Positions 16,313 through 25,083 of a DNA stretch of 35,440 nucleotides are shown piece after piece. Every line of letters starts with the position of its first letter. Position 1 is the first letter of the stretch. Source of the DNA: a virus (Duplodnaviria; Caudoviricetes); IMG/VR virus record IMGVR_UViG_3300037704_000270, positions 1 through 35,440 of that record; one strand, given 5' to 3'. The notes under the pieces were generated by a model. The model was not told the origin of the DNA, made no database searches, and saw only the letters and a list, made by a program, of their open reading frames with translations. A program made the position numbers and the translations under genes.

Positions 16313-17785
16313 ATGGCAACCCGCAACCTCCTCAGCGACCAGCTCGCCACCCGCGCCCGTAGTCTCGACTTCACCGCCCTCGGGCTGTGGTTGCCCAACC
16401 CCGACCCGATCCTGAAGGCGCAGGGCAAGGACATTGCCACCTACCGCGACATGCGCACAGACGCCCTGGTGGGCGGCTGCATTCGCCGGCGCAAGAGCGC
16501 GGTCAAGGCGCTGGATTGGGGGCTGGACCGCAACAAGGCCGCCAGCCGCACCGCCAAAACCGTGCAGGCCATGCTGGACGATCTTGACCTGGAGCGCATC
16601 GTCGGCCAGATGCTGGACGCCACCCTGTACGGCTATCAGCCCATGGAGATCACCTGGCAAAAGGTGGGCGCGTTAATCGTGCCGGTGGATGCGCAAGCCA
16701 AGCCGCCCGAGTGGTTTTGCTTTGACGCCGAGGCGCAGCTGCGCTTCAAGACCCGGCAAGACCCGTTGTATGGCGAGCTGCTGCCGGAGCGCAAGTTCCT
16801 GCTGCCCCGGCAAGACCCGACCTACCAGAACCCCTATGGCTTCGCCGACCTGAGCATGTGCTTCTGGCCGCTGCTGTTCAAAAAGGGCGGCATGAAGTTC
16901 TGGCTCGCGTTCACCGAGAAGTTCGGCAGCGCCTTCATGACCGGCAAGCTACCGCGCACCGCCACCAACACGGAGCGGATCGAGCTGCTCGACAGCCTGG
17001 ACGACCTTATCCAGAATGGCGTGGCTGTCATCCCTGACGATGGCAGCATTGCGCCGGTGGAGATGGCGGGCAAGGCGGCCAGCGCCGACCTGTACGAGCA
17101 GCTGGTGCTGCACAACCGGGGCGAGATCGCCATTGCCCTGTTGGGCCAGAATCAGACCACCGAGGCCACGGCCAACAAGGCCAGCGCCGGGGCCGGGCTG
17201 GAGGTGACCAAAGACCTGCGCGACGGCGATGCCAAGCTGGTGGCCGCAGCGGTGAATCAGCTCATCCGCTGGACCTGTGAGCTCAATTGGGGTGTCGCCG
17301 ATGCCCCGGTATGGAGCCTGTGGGACCAGGAGTCCCAGGACAAGCTGCAGGCGGCGCGCGACAAAAGCAACCATGAAGCCGGTGCCCGCTACACCAACGC
17401 GTACTTTGAACGCGCCTACGGCTACCAGGCAGGCGACCTAATGCCCGAGGGTAGCGGCCAACCCGCTGCCACGCCCCAGGCGGGCGCCGTCGCCTTCGCC
17501 GAGGCCCGTACTCCTGCCAACACCCCGGCTGCTGGCTGGCCCGCGCCCATCGACCCGATGCAGCTGGAGATCGACGCCTTGATGCAATACGGCCAGCCCG
17601 CCTGGAACGGCATGGCAGCCCAGCTGCAGGCCATGGTCGACAACGCCAGCAGCCTGGCGCAACTGCAGCAAGACATGACGCAAGCCTATGGCGGGCTGGA
17701 CTCCGACAAGCTGGTGAAGCTGATGGCGGCCGCCATGGCGCTGGCCGAGCTCAAGGGCATGGACGCGGCCCGCACGGATTCATGA
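16313..17785 (+). CDS. Portal protein (Mu gp29 / DUF935)
   Basis: LPNPDPILK...FTEKFGS...LLGQNQTT. Confidence 0.92.
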   Translation: MATRNLLSDQLATRARSLDFTALGLWLPNPDPILKAQGKDIATYRDMRTDALVGGCIRRRKSAVKALDWGLDRNKAASRTAKTVQAMLDDLDLERIVGQMLDATLYGYQPMEITWQKVGALIVPVDAQAKPPEWFCFDAEAQLRFKTRQDPLYGELLPERKFLLPRQDPTYQNPYGFADLSMCFWPLLFKKGGMKFWLAFTEKFGSAFMTGKLPRTATNTERIELLDSLDDLIQNGVAVIPDDGSIAPVEMAGKAASADLYEQLVLHNRGEIAIALLGQNQTTEATANKASAGAGLEVTKDLRDGDAKLVAAAVNQLIRWTCELNWGVADAPVWSLWDQESQDKLQAARDKSNHEAGARYTNAYFERAYGYQAGDLMPEGSGQPAATPQAGAVAFAEARTPANTPAAGWPAPIDPMQLEIDALMQYGQPAWNGMAAQLQAMVDNASSLAQLQQDMTQAYGGLDSDKLVKLMAAAMALAELKGMDAARTDS

Positions 17786-18969
17786 ACGTAGCCTTCAATA
17801 CCCCGTTTGACGCACAGATTGAGTTCCTGCGCCAAAAGCTGAACCTGCCGACCGAGCAGATGGACGACATCAGAGGCCGCGCCCACGACCGCGCCTTCAT
17901 GGTGACCGGTGCGGCCAAGGCGGACCTGGTGGCGGATTTTCACCAGCTCGTGAACGCCCGCGCTGCTGATGGTGCGGGCCTGCAGGCCTTTCGCAAGGAC
18001 TTCAAGCAGATCGTGGCCAAGCACGGCTGGACGGGCTGGACCGGAGAAGGCACGAAGGAGGGCGAAGCCTGGCGCACCCGCGTGATTTATCAGACCAACA
18101 TGGCCACCAGCTACGCGGCCGGGCGCTTTGCGCAGATGAGCGACCCCGAGGTGTTGAAGCTGCATCCGTACTGGCGCTACATCCACAGCGAGGGGGTGAT
18201 GCACCCCCGGCCCCTGCACTTGTCCTGGCACGGCTTGACGCTGCTGGCCAGTCACCCGTTTTGGAAAACCCATTTCGCACCCAACGGCTACGGCTGCCAG
18301 TGCCGCATCACCAGCGTGACCCGCCGCGAGGGCCAGGCCAGCGCACGGGCGGGCCTGGGCGAGCCGCCCGCCGACTGGCAAGCAGTCAATGCCAAGACCG
18401 GGGCGCCCGTGGGCATTGACAAGGGCTTTGACTACACCCCGGGGGCCAGCGTGGATCTGCCGCTGCGCCAGCTGGTGCAAGACAAGCTGATCACCTACCC
18501 GCCCGCCGTGGCCAAGGCGCTGGCGGCCGACGTGAACCGTTACCTCAACACGTCAGAGAAAGCCAGCGCATTCGCGGCGCGGATGCTGCAAGAGCGCGCC
18601 AACGTGGCGCCGCTATGGGTCGGCTTTGCTGAAAACCCGCAGGCGGTGACTGATTTGGTGGGCCGCGATGTGACCGGCTATCTGTTGCTCATCCCCTCCG
18701 ACGCACCGCGCCACGTTGAGATAAATCATGCATTTGATGGCGGCACCCAGCGCCCGCGCAAGGCCGCCGACTTTGACCGCGTGGCCGAAGTGCTCAACGC
18801 GGCGGATTCGTTGCAACTGGGCGACGTGTCGCGCAACCAGAATACAAGGGTGGTTGCATCCAAGCAAATTAACGGCGAGGTGTTTCGGGCGGTGTTTGAA
18901 GTGCTGGCGGGCAAGAAGAGTACCCGGTCTTTGTCGCTGGTGACGCTGCTGGTCAAGGCGGCCAAGTGA
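17782..18969 (+). CDS. MuF (gp30) minor head protein with C-terminal BECR-like nuclease extension
   Basis: RPLHLSWHG...PNGYGCQC MuF core; extra C-terminal region of about 130 aa with SDAPRHVEINH...DFDRVAEVLN. Confidence 0.85.
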   Translation: MNVAFNTPFDAQIEFLRQKLNLPTEQMDDIRGRAHDRAFMVTGAAKADLVADFHQLVNARAADGAGLQAFRKDFKQIVAKHGWTGWTGEGTKEGEAWRTRVIYQTNMATSYAAGRFAQMSDPEVLKLHPYWRYIHSEGVMHPRPLHLSWHGLTLLASHPFWKTHFAPNGYGCQCRITSVTRREGQASARAGLGEPPADWQAVNAKTGAPVGIDKGFDYTPGASVDLPLRQLVQDKLITYPPAVAKALAADVNRYLNTSEKASAFAARMLQERANVAPLWVGFAENPQAVTDLVGRDVTGYLLLIPSDAPRHVEINHAFDGGTQRPRKAADFDRVAEVLNAADSLQLGDVSRNQNTRVVASKQINGEVFRAVFEVLAGKKSTRSLSLVTLLVKAAK

Positions 18970-19045
18970 TTGTTTCATGCCCGCCCTGGCTGTACGTCCG
19001 AAACGATCAGGGGTCAAGCCCCTGGACCCGATGGGCATGAAACGG
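18970..19045 (+). ncRNA. Candidate structured RNA directly downstream of muF
   Basis: Perfect 11-bp inverted repeat GTTTCATGCCC/GGGCATGAAAC enclosing two sub-hairpins; no U-tract. Confidence 0.45.
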
Positions 19046-19080
19046 CGCTGATCTTACGTCAATCTATTAACGCTGTAAAT

Positions 19081-19620
19081 ATGAACGCTTTCACCATTGA
19101 AGTCCAAGACGAGGGCGTCAAAGCCGCCCTGCGGACCGTGGCCGCACGGGTGCACAACCTGCGCCCGGTGCTGCAGGTCATTGGCGAGGGCATCACCGAG
19201 CGCACCAAGCACCGCTTTGACACCAGCACCGCGCCCGACGGCACGCCCTGGGCGCCCAACAGCGCCGCCACGCTGGGCATGCTCAGCGCCCGACTGGCGG
19301 GGTCGAAGAGCAATGTCAAGAAGAGCGGCAGTCTCAATGCCAAGGGTTCGCGCCTGTTGGCGGGCAAGAAGCCGCTGATCGGCGAGAGTCAGGACCTGCG
19401 CCGCCAGATCATCCCGCAAGCCACCAATGACACGCTCACGGTGAGCAGCACGCCGAAGTACGCCGCCATTCAGCAATTCGGCGGCAAGGCGGGCAAGGGG
19501 CATAAGGTGACGATCCCTGCGCGCCCCTTTCTGCCCATTCGGCAGGATGGCACGCTGTACCCGCAAGAGCAGGCCACGGTGTTGCAGGCATTGAATGATT
19601 TTCTGCTCGAAGGGCTGTAA
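19081..19620 (+). CDS. Virion morphogenesis protein (Mu gpG-like)
   Basis: RF...APDGTPWAP...YAAIQQFGG...IPARPFLP. Confidence 0.9.
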   Translation: MNAFTIEVQDEGVKAALRTVAARVHNLRPVLQVIGEGITERTKHRFDTSTAPDGTPWAPNSAATLGMLSARLAGSKSNVKKSGSLNAKGSRLLAGKKPLIGESQDLRRQIIPQATNDTLTVSSTPKYAAIQQFGGKAGKGHKVTIPARPFLPIRQDGTLYPQEQATVLQALNDFLLEGL

Positions 19621-19833
19621 TAACAGTCAAGCGATTTAAACGGGCTGTGGCGCGCTATCGGTGTTTTTGGTGCCGCTGGTATGTCCCAGGCGCTGACCCC
19701 CACCGTTAATAGGCGTTAAATTGGCTGCAAACGGCATTGCCGGATAGATGGCGGGTCGGCAAGTGCGGTGTCCGGCCTGTTTGCTGCGTGCTACCGTAGT
19801 CATGCGTGAGCCCAAGCGAGGGAGTTTGGCGCT

Positions 19834-19886
19834 TCCCGAAGCCGCTCGCCCTGACCGATAGAGCACCCCCGCAAGACACTTGCGGC
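19834..19886 (+). promoter_or_regulatory. Candidate late promoter (head operon)
   Basis: TCCCGAAGNNNCTNNCC with GACACT 41 nt downstream, ATG 6 nt later. Confidence 0.5.
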
Positions 19887-21044
19887 ATGCCTCAAACCAT
19901 CCCCTCCAATGCTGCAGCCGCGCCAAAGCTGCTGCACATTTTCAAGCCCGGCAAGTGGACGGCCATGTCCGGCGAGAGCATCGAGTTCTCGGCCGCTGAC
20001 CTGCAGGCGACCGCTGCCGCGTTCAACCCGCAGCTGTCAAAAGCGCCGCTGGTGATTGGGCACCCCGCCACTGATGACCCGGCGCAGGGCTGGGCTGACG
20101 CCCTGATTGCCAATGATCGCGGCCTGTTTGCCAAGCCGGCCCAGGTGGCCCCGGCCTTTGCCGAGGCGGTGCGCGCCGGCCGCTACGGCACCGTGTCGGC
20201 CAAGTTCTACCGCCCCACCGACCTCAACAACCCCAAGCCAGGCGTTTGGTATTTGCGCCATGTCGGCTTTCTTGGCGCCGCTGCACCTGGCGTGAAGGGC
20301 CTGGACGATCCCAGCTTTGCCGCTGGCGATGACGGCGTGTGCTTCCAGGAAGGCGTGGCCTTTGCCGCCTGGGACGAGGTGGACAACGCCAACCTGTGGC
20401 GCAACTTGCGTGAATGGTTCATCGGCAAGTTCGGCCAGGCCGAAGCCGACACGGTCATCCCCAGCTACACGGTGAAAAGCCTGGAGCAGGGCGCCCAGGA
20501 CGAAGTGCGTGACGCGGCCGCCACAGAGATCAATGCCACACCCGCCCCCCAGTTTTCTGAATCCAACCCACCGGAGACCACCGTGACCCCTGAACAAAAA
20601 GCCGCCCTTGAGGCTGAAAACACCCGCCTGCGCGCTGAGCTGGCCACCCATCAAGCCACCCATCAAGCCACCCAGCTGCACGCCGCCCATGTGGCGTTCT
20701 GCGACGGCCTGCCTGGCGTCATGCCTGCCTGGCGCGATGTGGCCGTGGCCACGCTGGACCACCTGGCGGCCCAGCCGGCCGTGGTGGAGTTCGGCGAAGG
20801 CGAAGCGCGTGCCCCGCTGGCAGACAAGTTCAAAGCCATGCTGACGGCGCTGCCTGCGGCGGTGCAGTTTGGCGAAACCGCCACCGGCCAGCGCGCAGCG
20901 GGGGGCGACACCGGCACTGTTGAGTTTGCCGCGCCTTCTGGTTACGACGTGGAGCCGATGGCCATGGCCACCCACGGCAAGGCCTTGGCGCACCAAAAGG
21001 CCAACGGCGGCAGTTACGTCGATGCCGTCAAGGCCGTGTCCTGA
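19887..21044 (+). CDS. Prohead protease/scaffold (Mu gpI-like)
   Basis: HIFKPG...APLVIGHP...YLRHVGFLGAAAPGVKGL; ATG 19887 preferred over GTG 19806. Confidence 0.9.
   Translation: MPQTIPSNAAAAPKLLHIFKPGKWTAMSGESIEFSAADLQATAAAFNPQLSKAPLVIGHPATDDPAQGWADALIANDRGLFAKPAQVAPAFAEAVRAGRYGTVSAKFYRPTDLNNPKPGVWYLRHVGFLGAAAPGVKGLDDPSFAAGDDGVCFQEGVAFAAWDEVDNANLWRNLREWFIGKFGQAEADTVIPSYTVKSLEQGAQDEVRDAAATEINATPAPQFSESNPPETTVTPEQKAALEAENTRLRAELATHQATHQATQLHAAHVAFCDGLPGVMPAWRDVAVATLDHLAAQPAVVEFGEGEARAPLADKFKAMLTALPAAVQFGETATGQRAAGGDTGTVEFAAPSGYDVEPMAMATHGKALAHQKANGGSYVDAVKAVS
20583..21044 (+). CDS. Probable internally initiated scaffold (Mu gpZ-like)
   Basis: In-frame GTG with GGAG SD inside gpI, followed by coiled coil TPEQKAALEAENTRLRAEL. 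Confidence 0.55.
   Translation: MTPEQKAALEAENTRLRAELATHQATHQATQLHAAHVAFCDGLPGVMPAWRDVAVATLDHLAAQPAVVEFGEGEARAPLADKFKAMLTALPAAVQFGETATGQRAAGGDTGTVEFAAPSGYDVEPMAMATHGKALAHQKANGGSYVDAVKAVS
20643..20674 (+). repeat. 12-bp tandem repeat GCCACCCATCAA, about 2.7 copies
   Basis: Seen directly; in-frame ATHQ repeat. Confidence 0.8.
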
Positions 21045-21075
21045 ATCCCAATCCTTATTAACGGAGTAACCCATC

Positions 21076-21423
21076 ATGAGTAAACAAGGTATTTCCCTTT
21101 TGACGCTGCCCTTGCTGCTGAGCGCCGCCGTGGCGGCCAACCGCTTTGTTACCGGCGCAGGTGCCCAGGCAGGCGCCGACGCCAACACTTTTGGCGTAGC
21201 GCGCAGCGGCGGCGCCATTGCTGAAAAAGTGCCGGTGGATGTGTTGGGCACCGCCATTGTCGAGGCCGGTGCTGCCGTTGCAGTGAATGACACGGTCAAG
21301 TCTGATGCAACCGGCAGGGCCATCACCTGGGTCACCAGCGGCGCCAAGGTGGCCATCGCGTTAGAGGCGGCCACCGCCGCCGGCCAGTTCATTGAGGTGC
21401 GCCTCATCGACAACGTGGCTTAA
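21076..21423 (+). CDS. Capsid decoration/cement protein (DUF2190-like)
   Basis: Gly/Ala-rich, VEAGAAVAVND.V.SDATGRA...IALEAATAAGQFIEV; precedes the capsid gene. Confidence 0.8.
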   Translation: MSKQGISLLTLPLLLSAAVAANRFVTGAGAQAGADANTFGVARSGGAIAEKVPVDVLGTAIVEAGAAVAVNDTVKSDATGRAITWVTSGAKVAIALEAATAAGQFIEVRLIDNVA

Positions 21424-21459
21424 GCCCTTCCTCTCCAACCTATTCAAGAGCACATCACC

Positions 21460-22404
21460 ATGCCTCAAATGACTACAGCCCAAGCCCGGGTTATTGATCC
21501 GATCCTGTCCACCGTGGCCCAGGGCTACCAGAACGCGGAACTGATTGGCGGCGCGCTGTTCCCCTACATCCCGGTCGCGCAGCGTGGCGGCAAGATCATC
21601 ACCTTTGGCAAGGAAGACTTTGCCTTGTACAACACCGGCCGCGTGCCGGGCAGCAACACCCGGCGCGTGCAGTATGGCTACAGCGGCGCCAACTTTGCGC
21701 TGGAAAGCCATAGCCTGGAGGGCACCGTGCCGGTGGAGAACCTGCAGGAGGCGCAAGCCGTACCCGGTATCGACCTGGGCAGCGGCACTGTGCTCAAGAC
21801 GCAGTCCATCATCTCAAACCGACTGGAGATTGCGCAAGCGGTGCTGGCCATGACGGCCGGCAACTACGCCGCCAGCAATAAGGCCACGCTGGCGGGCACC
21901 AGTCAATGGAGTGACTTCACCAACGGCGTGAGCGACCCGATCGCCGACGTGGAGACCGCCAAGGAAGCCATTCGCAAGCAAATCGGGCGCCGCCCCAACA
22001 CGCTGGTGATGGGCGCGGCCGTGATGGCAAAGCTCAAGATGCACCCCAAGGTGATTGAGCGCATCAAGTACACCGGTCGCGATGTCGCCACGGTTGATTT
22101 GCTGGCCAGCCTGTTTGGCGTGGCCCGGGTGCTGGTCGGCGAAGGTGTCTACGTCGATGCCGCTGGCGCGATGCAGGACACCTGGGGCAAGGGCGTGGTG
22201 CTGGCCTTCACCGATCTGGCTGGGGTCGGCGCCGGTGGCTTGCCCACTTTTGGCTACACCTACCGCCTCACCGGTTATCCGATGGTGGAGCAGCCCTACC
22301 TGGACCGCAACAGCAAGAGCTGGATTTACCCGGTGACGGATGAGGTGGTGCCGGTGATTGCGGGCGCCTCTGCGGGTTACCTGCTGTCGGCTGCAGTGGC
22401 TTAA
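21460..22404 (+). CDS. Major capsid protein
   Basis: 314 aa; IDPILSTVAQGY...SDPIADVE...GRRPNTLVMG; synteny. Confidence 0.9.
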   Translation: MPQMTTAQARVIDPILSTVAQGYQNAELIGGALFPYIPVAQRGGKIITFGKEDFALYNTGRVPGSNTRRVQYGYSGANFALESHSLEGTVPVENLQEAQAVPGIDLGSGTVLKTQSIISNRLEIAQAVLAMTAGNYAASNKATLAGTSQWSDFTNGVSDPIADVETAKEAIRKQIGRRPNTLVMGAAVMAKLKMHPKVIERIKYTGRDVATVDLLASLFGVARVLVGEGVYVDAAGAMQDTWGKGVVLAFTDLAGVGAGGLPTFGYTYRLTGYPMVEQPYLDRNSKSWIYPVTDEVVPVIAGASAGYLLSAAVA

Positions 22405-22423
22405 GACGGGCACCTGCAGCACT

Positions 22424-22654
22424 ATGGCAACAAAAAACACCAAGACGACTCAGGTCTCGCCCAAGGCGCCGCCTGAGTCCAATGCCGTGCGGGTGCGTGC
22501 GCTGGACCCTATTCGCGCTGATGGCGTGGACTACGCAGCCGGCGACGTGTTTGACTTGAATGAGAAGTCAGCCGCCGAGTTGGTTGAGGGCGGCTGGGCT
22601 GAGCTGGTACGGGTTGATCCGGCCGAGCTGAGCCTGGTTGAGCGCCTGCCATGA
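22424..22654 (+). CDS. Small head-associated hypothetical protein
   Basis: IRADGVDYAAGDVFDL...AAELVEGG; between capsid and gp36. Confidence 0.7.
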   Translation: MATKNTKTTQVSPKAPPESNAVRVRALDPIRADGVDYAAGDVFDLNEKSAAELVEGGWAELVRVDPAELSLVERLP

Positions 22655-23073
22655 CCTACGCCACCCAAGACGACCTGGTTGACCGCTTCGGCACCGAGGA
22701 GCTGGCCCAGCGTACCAACCGCGTGGATGGTTTGACCATCGACACGGTCGTGCTGGGTCGGGCTCTGACTGATGCCGATGCCGAGATTGACGGCTACCTG
22801 GCCACGCGCTACAGCCTGCCGCTGGTCAGCATCCCGGCGGTGCTGGTGCGCCTGGCGTCGGACATTGCCCGCTACCGCTTGAGCGACAAGGGCATATCCG
22901 ACACGGTGCGCCAGCGTTATGAGGACAGCGTGAGCCTGCTCAAGCGCATCTCCAGTGGCGATGTGCAGCTGGCCGGGGCGGCCGTGGTGGCGGCGGACGG
23001 TGGCTCTGGCAACGCGGTGGCGGTGCGCACGCCGGCGCGGATGTTTGGGCTTGAGCAACTGCAAGGCTACTGA
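22651..23073 (+). CDS. Head-tail adaptor (Mu gp36 / DUF1320)
   Basis: MTYATQDDL..RFG...ADAEIDGYLATRYSLPL...DIARYRL. Confidence 0.92.
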   Translation: MTYATQDDLVDRFGTEELAQRTNRVDGLTIDTVVLGRALTDADAEIDGYLATRYSLPLVSIPAVLVRLASDIARYRLSDKGISDTVRQRYEDSVSLLKRISSGDVQLAGAAVVAADGGSGNAVAVRTPARMFGLEQLQGY

Positions 23074-23078
23074 TCACC

Positions 23079-23504
23079 ATGGACTTGAGTCTGGTTCTTG
23101 CCCGTTTGAAGACTCAGCTGACCGGGCTCAAGTCTGTTGGTGTCAGTGCGGATCTGGACGCCGCCATTGAGGGTGTCGTGGCCCTGCCTGCGGCGTTTGT
23201 GCTGCCGCTGGCTGAAGTCGGCACCGACATGGGCATGGTGAGTAGCACCGACGAGAAAGTCGGCCAGGCCTTTGGCGTGGTGCATTGCATAAGCAATCGG
23301 CGCGATGCCCAGGGCGCTGCGGCACTGGATGACTTGAGAGACCACCGCCTGAACCTGCGCCGCGCCCTGGTGGGCTGGGTGCCGGATGACGCCACCGGCG
23401 AGCCGGTGACCTTCACCGCCGGGCGGCTTCTGCGCCTGGATGGCGATGGCCGCCTGTGGTGGATAGACGAATTTCAACTGATTACCTATTACTGGAGCCC
23501 GTAA
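23079..23504 (+). CDS. Tail completion/terminator protein (gp37-like)
   Basis: PAAFVLP...ALVGWVP...LWWIDEF; synteny. Confidence 0.75.
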   Translation: MDLSLVLARLKTQLTGLKSVGVSADLDAAIEGVVALPAAFVLPLAEVGTDMGMVSSTDEKVGQAFGVVHCISNRRDAQGAAALDDLRDHRLNLRRALVGWVPDDATGEPVTFTAGRLLRLDGDGRLWWIDEFQLITYYWSP

Positions 23505-23719
23505 TGACCAAGATTTCACCCCCGCCCAAGAACGCGGCCACCGTTAATAGCGAGGCTGTCACCGTCGTGGCCACGCCAGATATTAACGCCGCCACCCCCG
23601 ACAACACGCCCGTGCCCGGCGGCGGCAGCTGGGCTTGGAACTACAGCCTTGCCGCCTGGGTGGATCTGGGCGCACCCGCACCCGCCACCCCTGCAACCAA
23701 CCTCATTCAACCGGAGTAA
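23504..23719 (+). CDS. Hypothetical protein
   Basis: GGAG SD, TAATG coupling; PGGGSW motif. Confidence 0.6.
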   Translation: MTKISPPPKNAATVNSEAVTVVATPDINAATPDNTPVPGGGSWAWNYSLAAWVDLGAPAPATPATNLIQPE

Positions 23720-23725
23720 ACCCCC

Positions 23726-24694
23726 ATGGCCACTCGCCTGATCAAGAAAACCGTTGTCCTCGCCAAAGTCGAGGTCACCCCCGGCACGGACGCCGTGCCG
23801 ACCGGCGCCGCCAATGCGCTCAAGGTGTTCGACCTGTCGATCACGCCGCTGGAGCTGAGTTCGATCGAGATCAAGATCCTTAGCGCCCATTTCGGCGCCG
23901 CCATGTCATTGCCCGGCACGTCATACAGCAAGTGCAGTTTCAGTGTGTCGCTGTCTGGCGCGGGTCTCGCCGCCACAGCGCCCGCCTGGGGCGCGCTGAT
24001 GCTGGGCTGCGCCAGTGCCGAGACGACTGGCCTGCTCACGCCCAACCGGGTCGAGTACCTGCCCATCACGGACCTGCTCAAGACGCTCACGCTGTATTGG
24101 CATGACGACGGGCTGCTGCACGCCATGCTCGGCTGCATGGGTAGCGTCAAGCTGTCGGCCAAGTCCGGCGAGGCGCCCAAACTGACGTTTGACTTCACGG
24201 GCATTGAAACGACGCCGACCGCCGTCGGCAACGCCACGCCAGTGCTCACGGCCTGGAAAGACCCGGTCGCGATCAAAAAGGCCAATGTGACTGACATCCT
24301 GCTCGGCTGCAGCTATGCCGCCGGGGCACTGGCAGGCGGCACCTCTTACAACAGCTCGGGCCTGACCTTGGACTGGGGCAACCAGGTCAAGTTCTCGCCG
24401 CTGCTGTCGACCGAAGAGGTGGTGATGGAAGACCGCAAGATCAAGGGTGCCTTCAGCGTGGCCCTCAGTGCCGCGCAAGAGGCGACCCTGATCGGCCAGA
24501 TCAAGAGCCGCACCGTGCAGGGCCTGGGTTTTGTCATTGGCGCCACCAGCGGCAACAAGATCATGCTGCACGCCCCGGCGATGGTGCTCAAGACGCACAA
24601 AAAAGAAGAGTTCAACGGCCAGCGCATGGTTGGCTTCGATTTCGAGCTCGACCCCGTGGCTGGTAACGACGAGCTGCGCATCGTCAGTCTGTAA
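23726..24694 (+). CDS. Major tail tube protein
   Basis: 322 aa with beta-rich character, before chaperones and tape measure; no sheath gene present. Confidence 0.8.
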   Translation: MATRLIKKTVVLAKVEVTPGTDAVPTGAANALKVFDLSITPLELSSIEIKILSAHFGAAMSLPGTSYSKCSFSVSLSGAGLAATAPAWGALMLGCASAETTGLLTPNRVEYLPITDLLKTLTLYWHDDGLLHAMLGCMGSVKLSAKSGEAPKLTFDFTGIETTPTAVGNATPVLTAWKDPVAIKKANVTDILLGCSYAAGALAGGTSYNSSGLTLDWGNQVKFSPLLSTEEVVMEDRKIKGAFSVALSAAQEATLIGQIKSRTVQGLGFVIGATSGNKIMLHAPAMVLKTHKKEEFNGQRMVGFDFELDPVAGNDELRIVSL

Positions 24695-24741
24695 CGCCCC
24701 TCATTTTCGATTCACCCTCATTTTCCTGAAAGCCCAAAACC

Positions 24742-25083
24742 ATGCAAACGCTCAAACTCGCCATTGACAACGTCGTCGAAGTTCCCGTCAAGTTCACCAT
24801 CAAGGTTAAAGGCGTGGCCAAGCTGTTTGCCTTCAGCTTCACCGCCCACCGGCTGGACCAGGACGAGATCAGCTCGCGCCTGGAGGAGACCGGGAAAAAG
24901 ACGAAAGACTTCATGGCCGACCTCATGACCGACTGGGCGAATCAGCGCCTGGTGCTGACCGCCACTGATGAACCGGCCGACTTCAGCCCCGAGGCGCTGG
25001 AGATGATGCTGAACGCGCCGGGCGTGGCCACGGCGTGCTTTAACGCCTACATCAAGAATTGCGGCGCCACAGAAAAAAACTAG
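24742..25083 (+). CDS. Tail assembly chaperone (lambda G-like)
   Basis: Position; ends GAA AAA AAC TAG. Confidence 0.8.
   Translation: MQTLKLAIDNVVEVPVKFTIKVKGVAKLFAFSFTAHRLDQDEISSRLEETGKKTKDFMADLMTDWANQRLVLTATDEPADFSPEALEMMLNAPGVATACFNAYIKNCGATEKN
25074..25080 (+). other. -1 programmed frameshift slippery site A AAA AAC
   Basis: XXXYYYZ heptamer just before the stop; the -1 frame is open to 25454. Confidence 0.75.

Noticed and set aside
18990-19005. Hammerhead ribozyme resemblance (CTG...GAAAC)
   Set aside because: Lacks the CUGANGA core and stem II geometry.
18970-19080. TTG-started extension of gpG, or an immunity ORF after muF
   Set aside because: Region is occupied by the inverted repeat; the gpG-like sequence begins at ATG 19081.
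20037-21413. 458-aa minus-strand ORF and similar long antisense ORFs over head, tail and tape measure genes
   Set aside because: Shadows of well-supported plus-strand genes; expected with strong GC3 bias.
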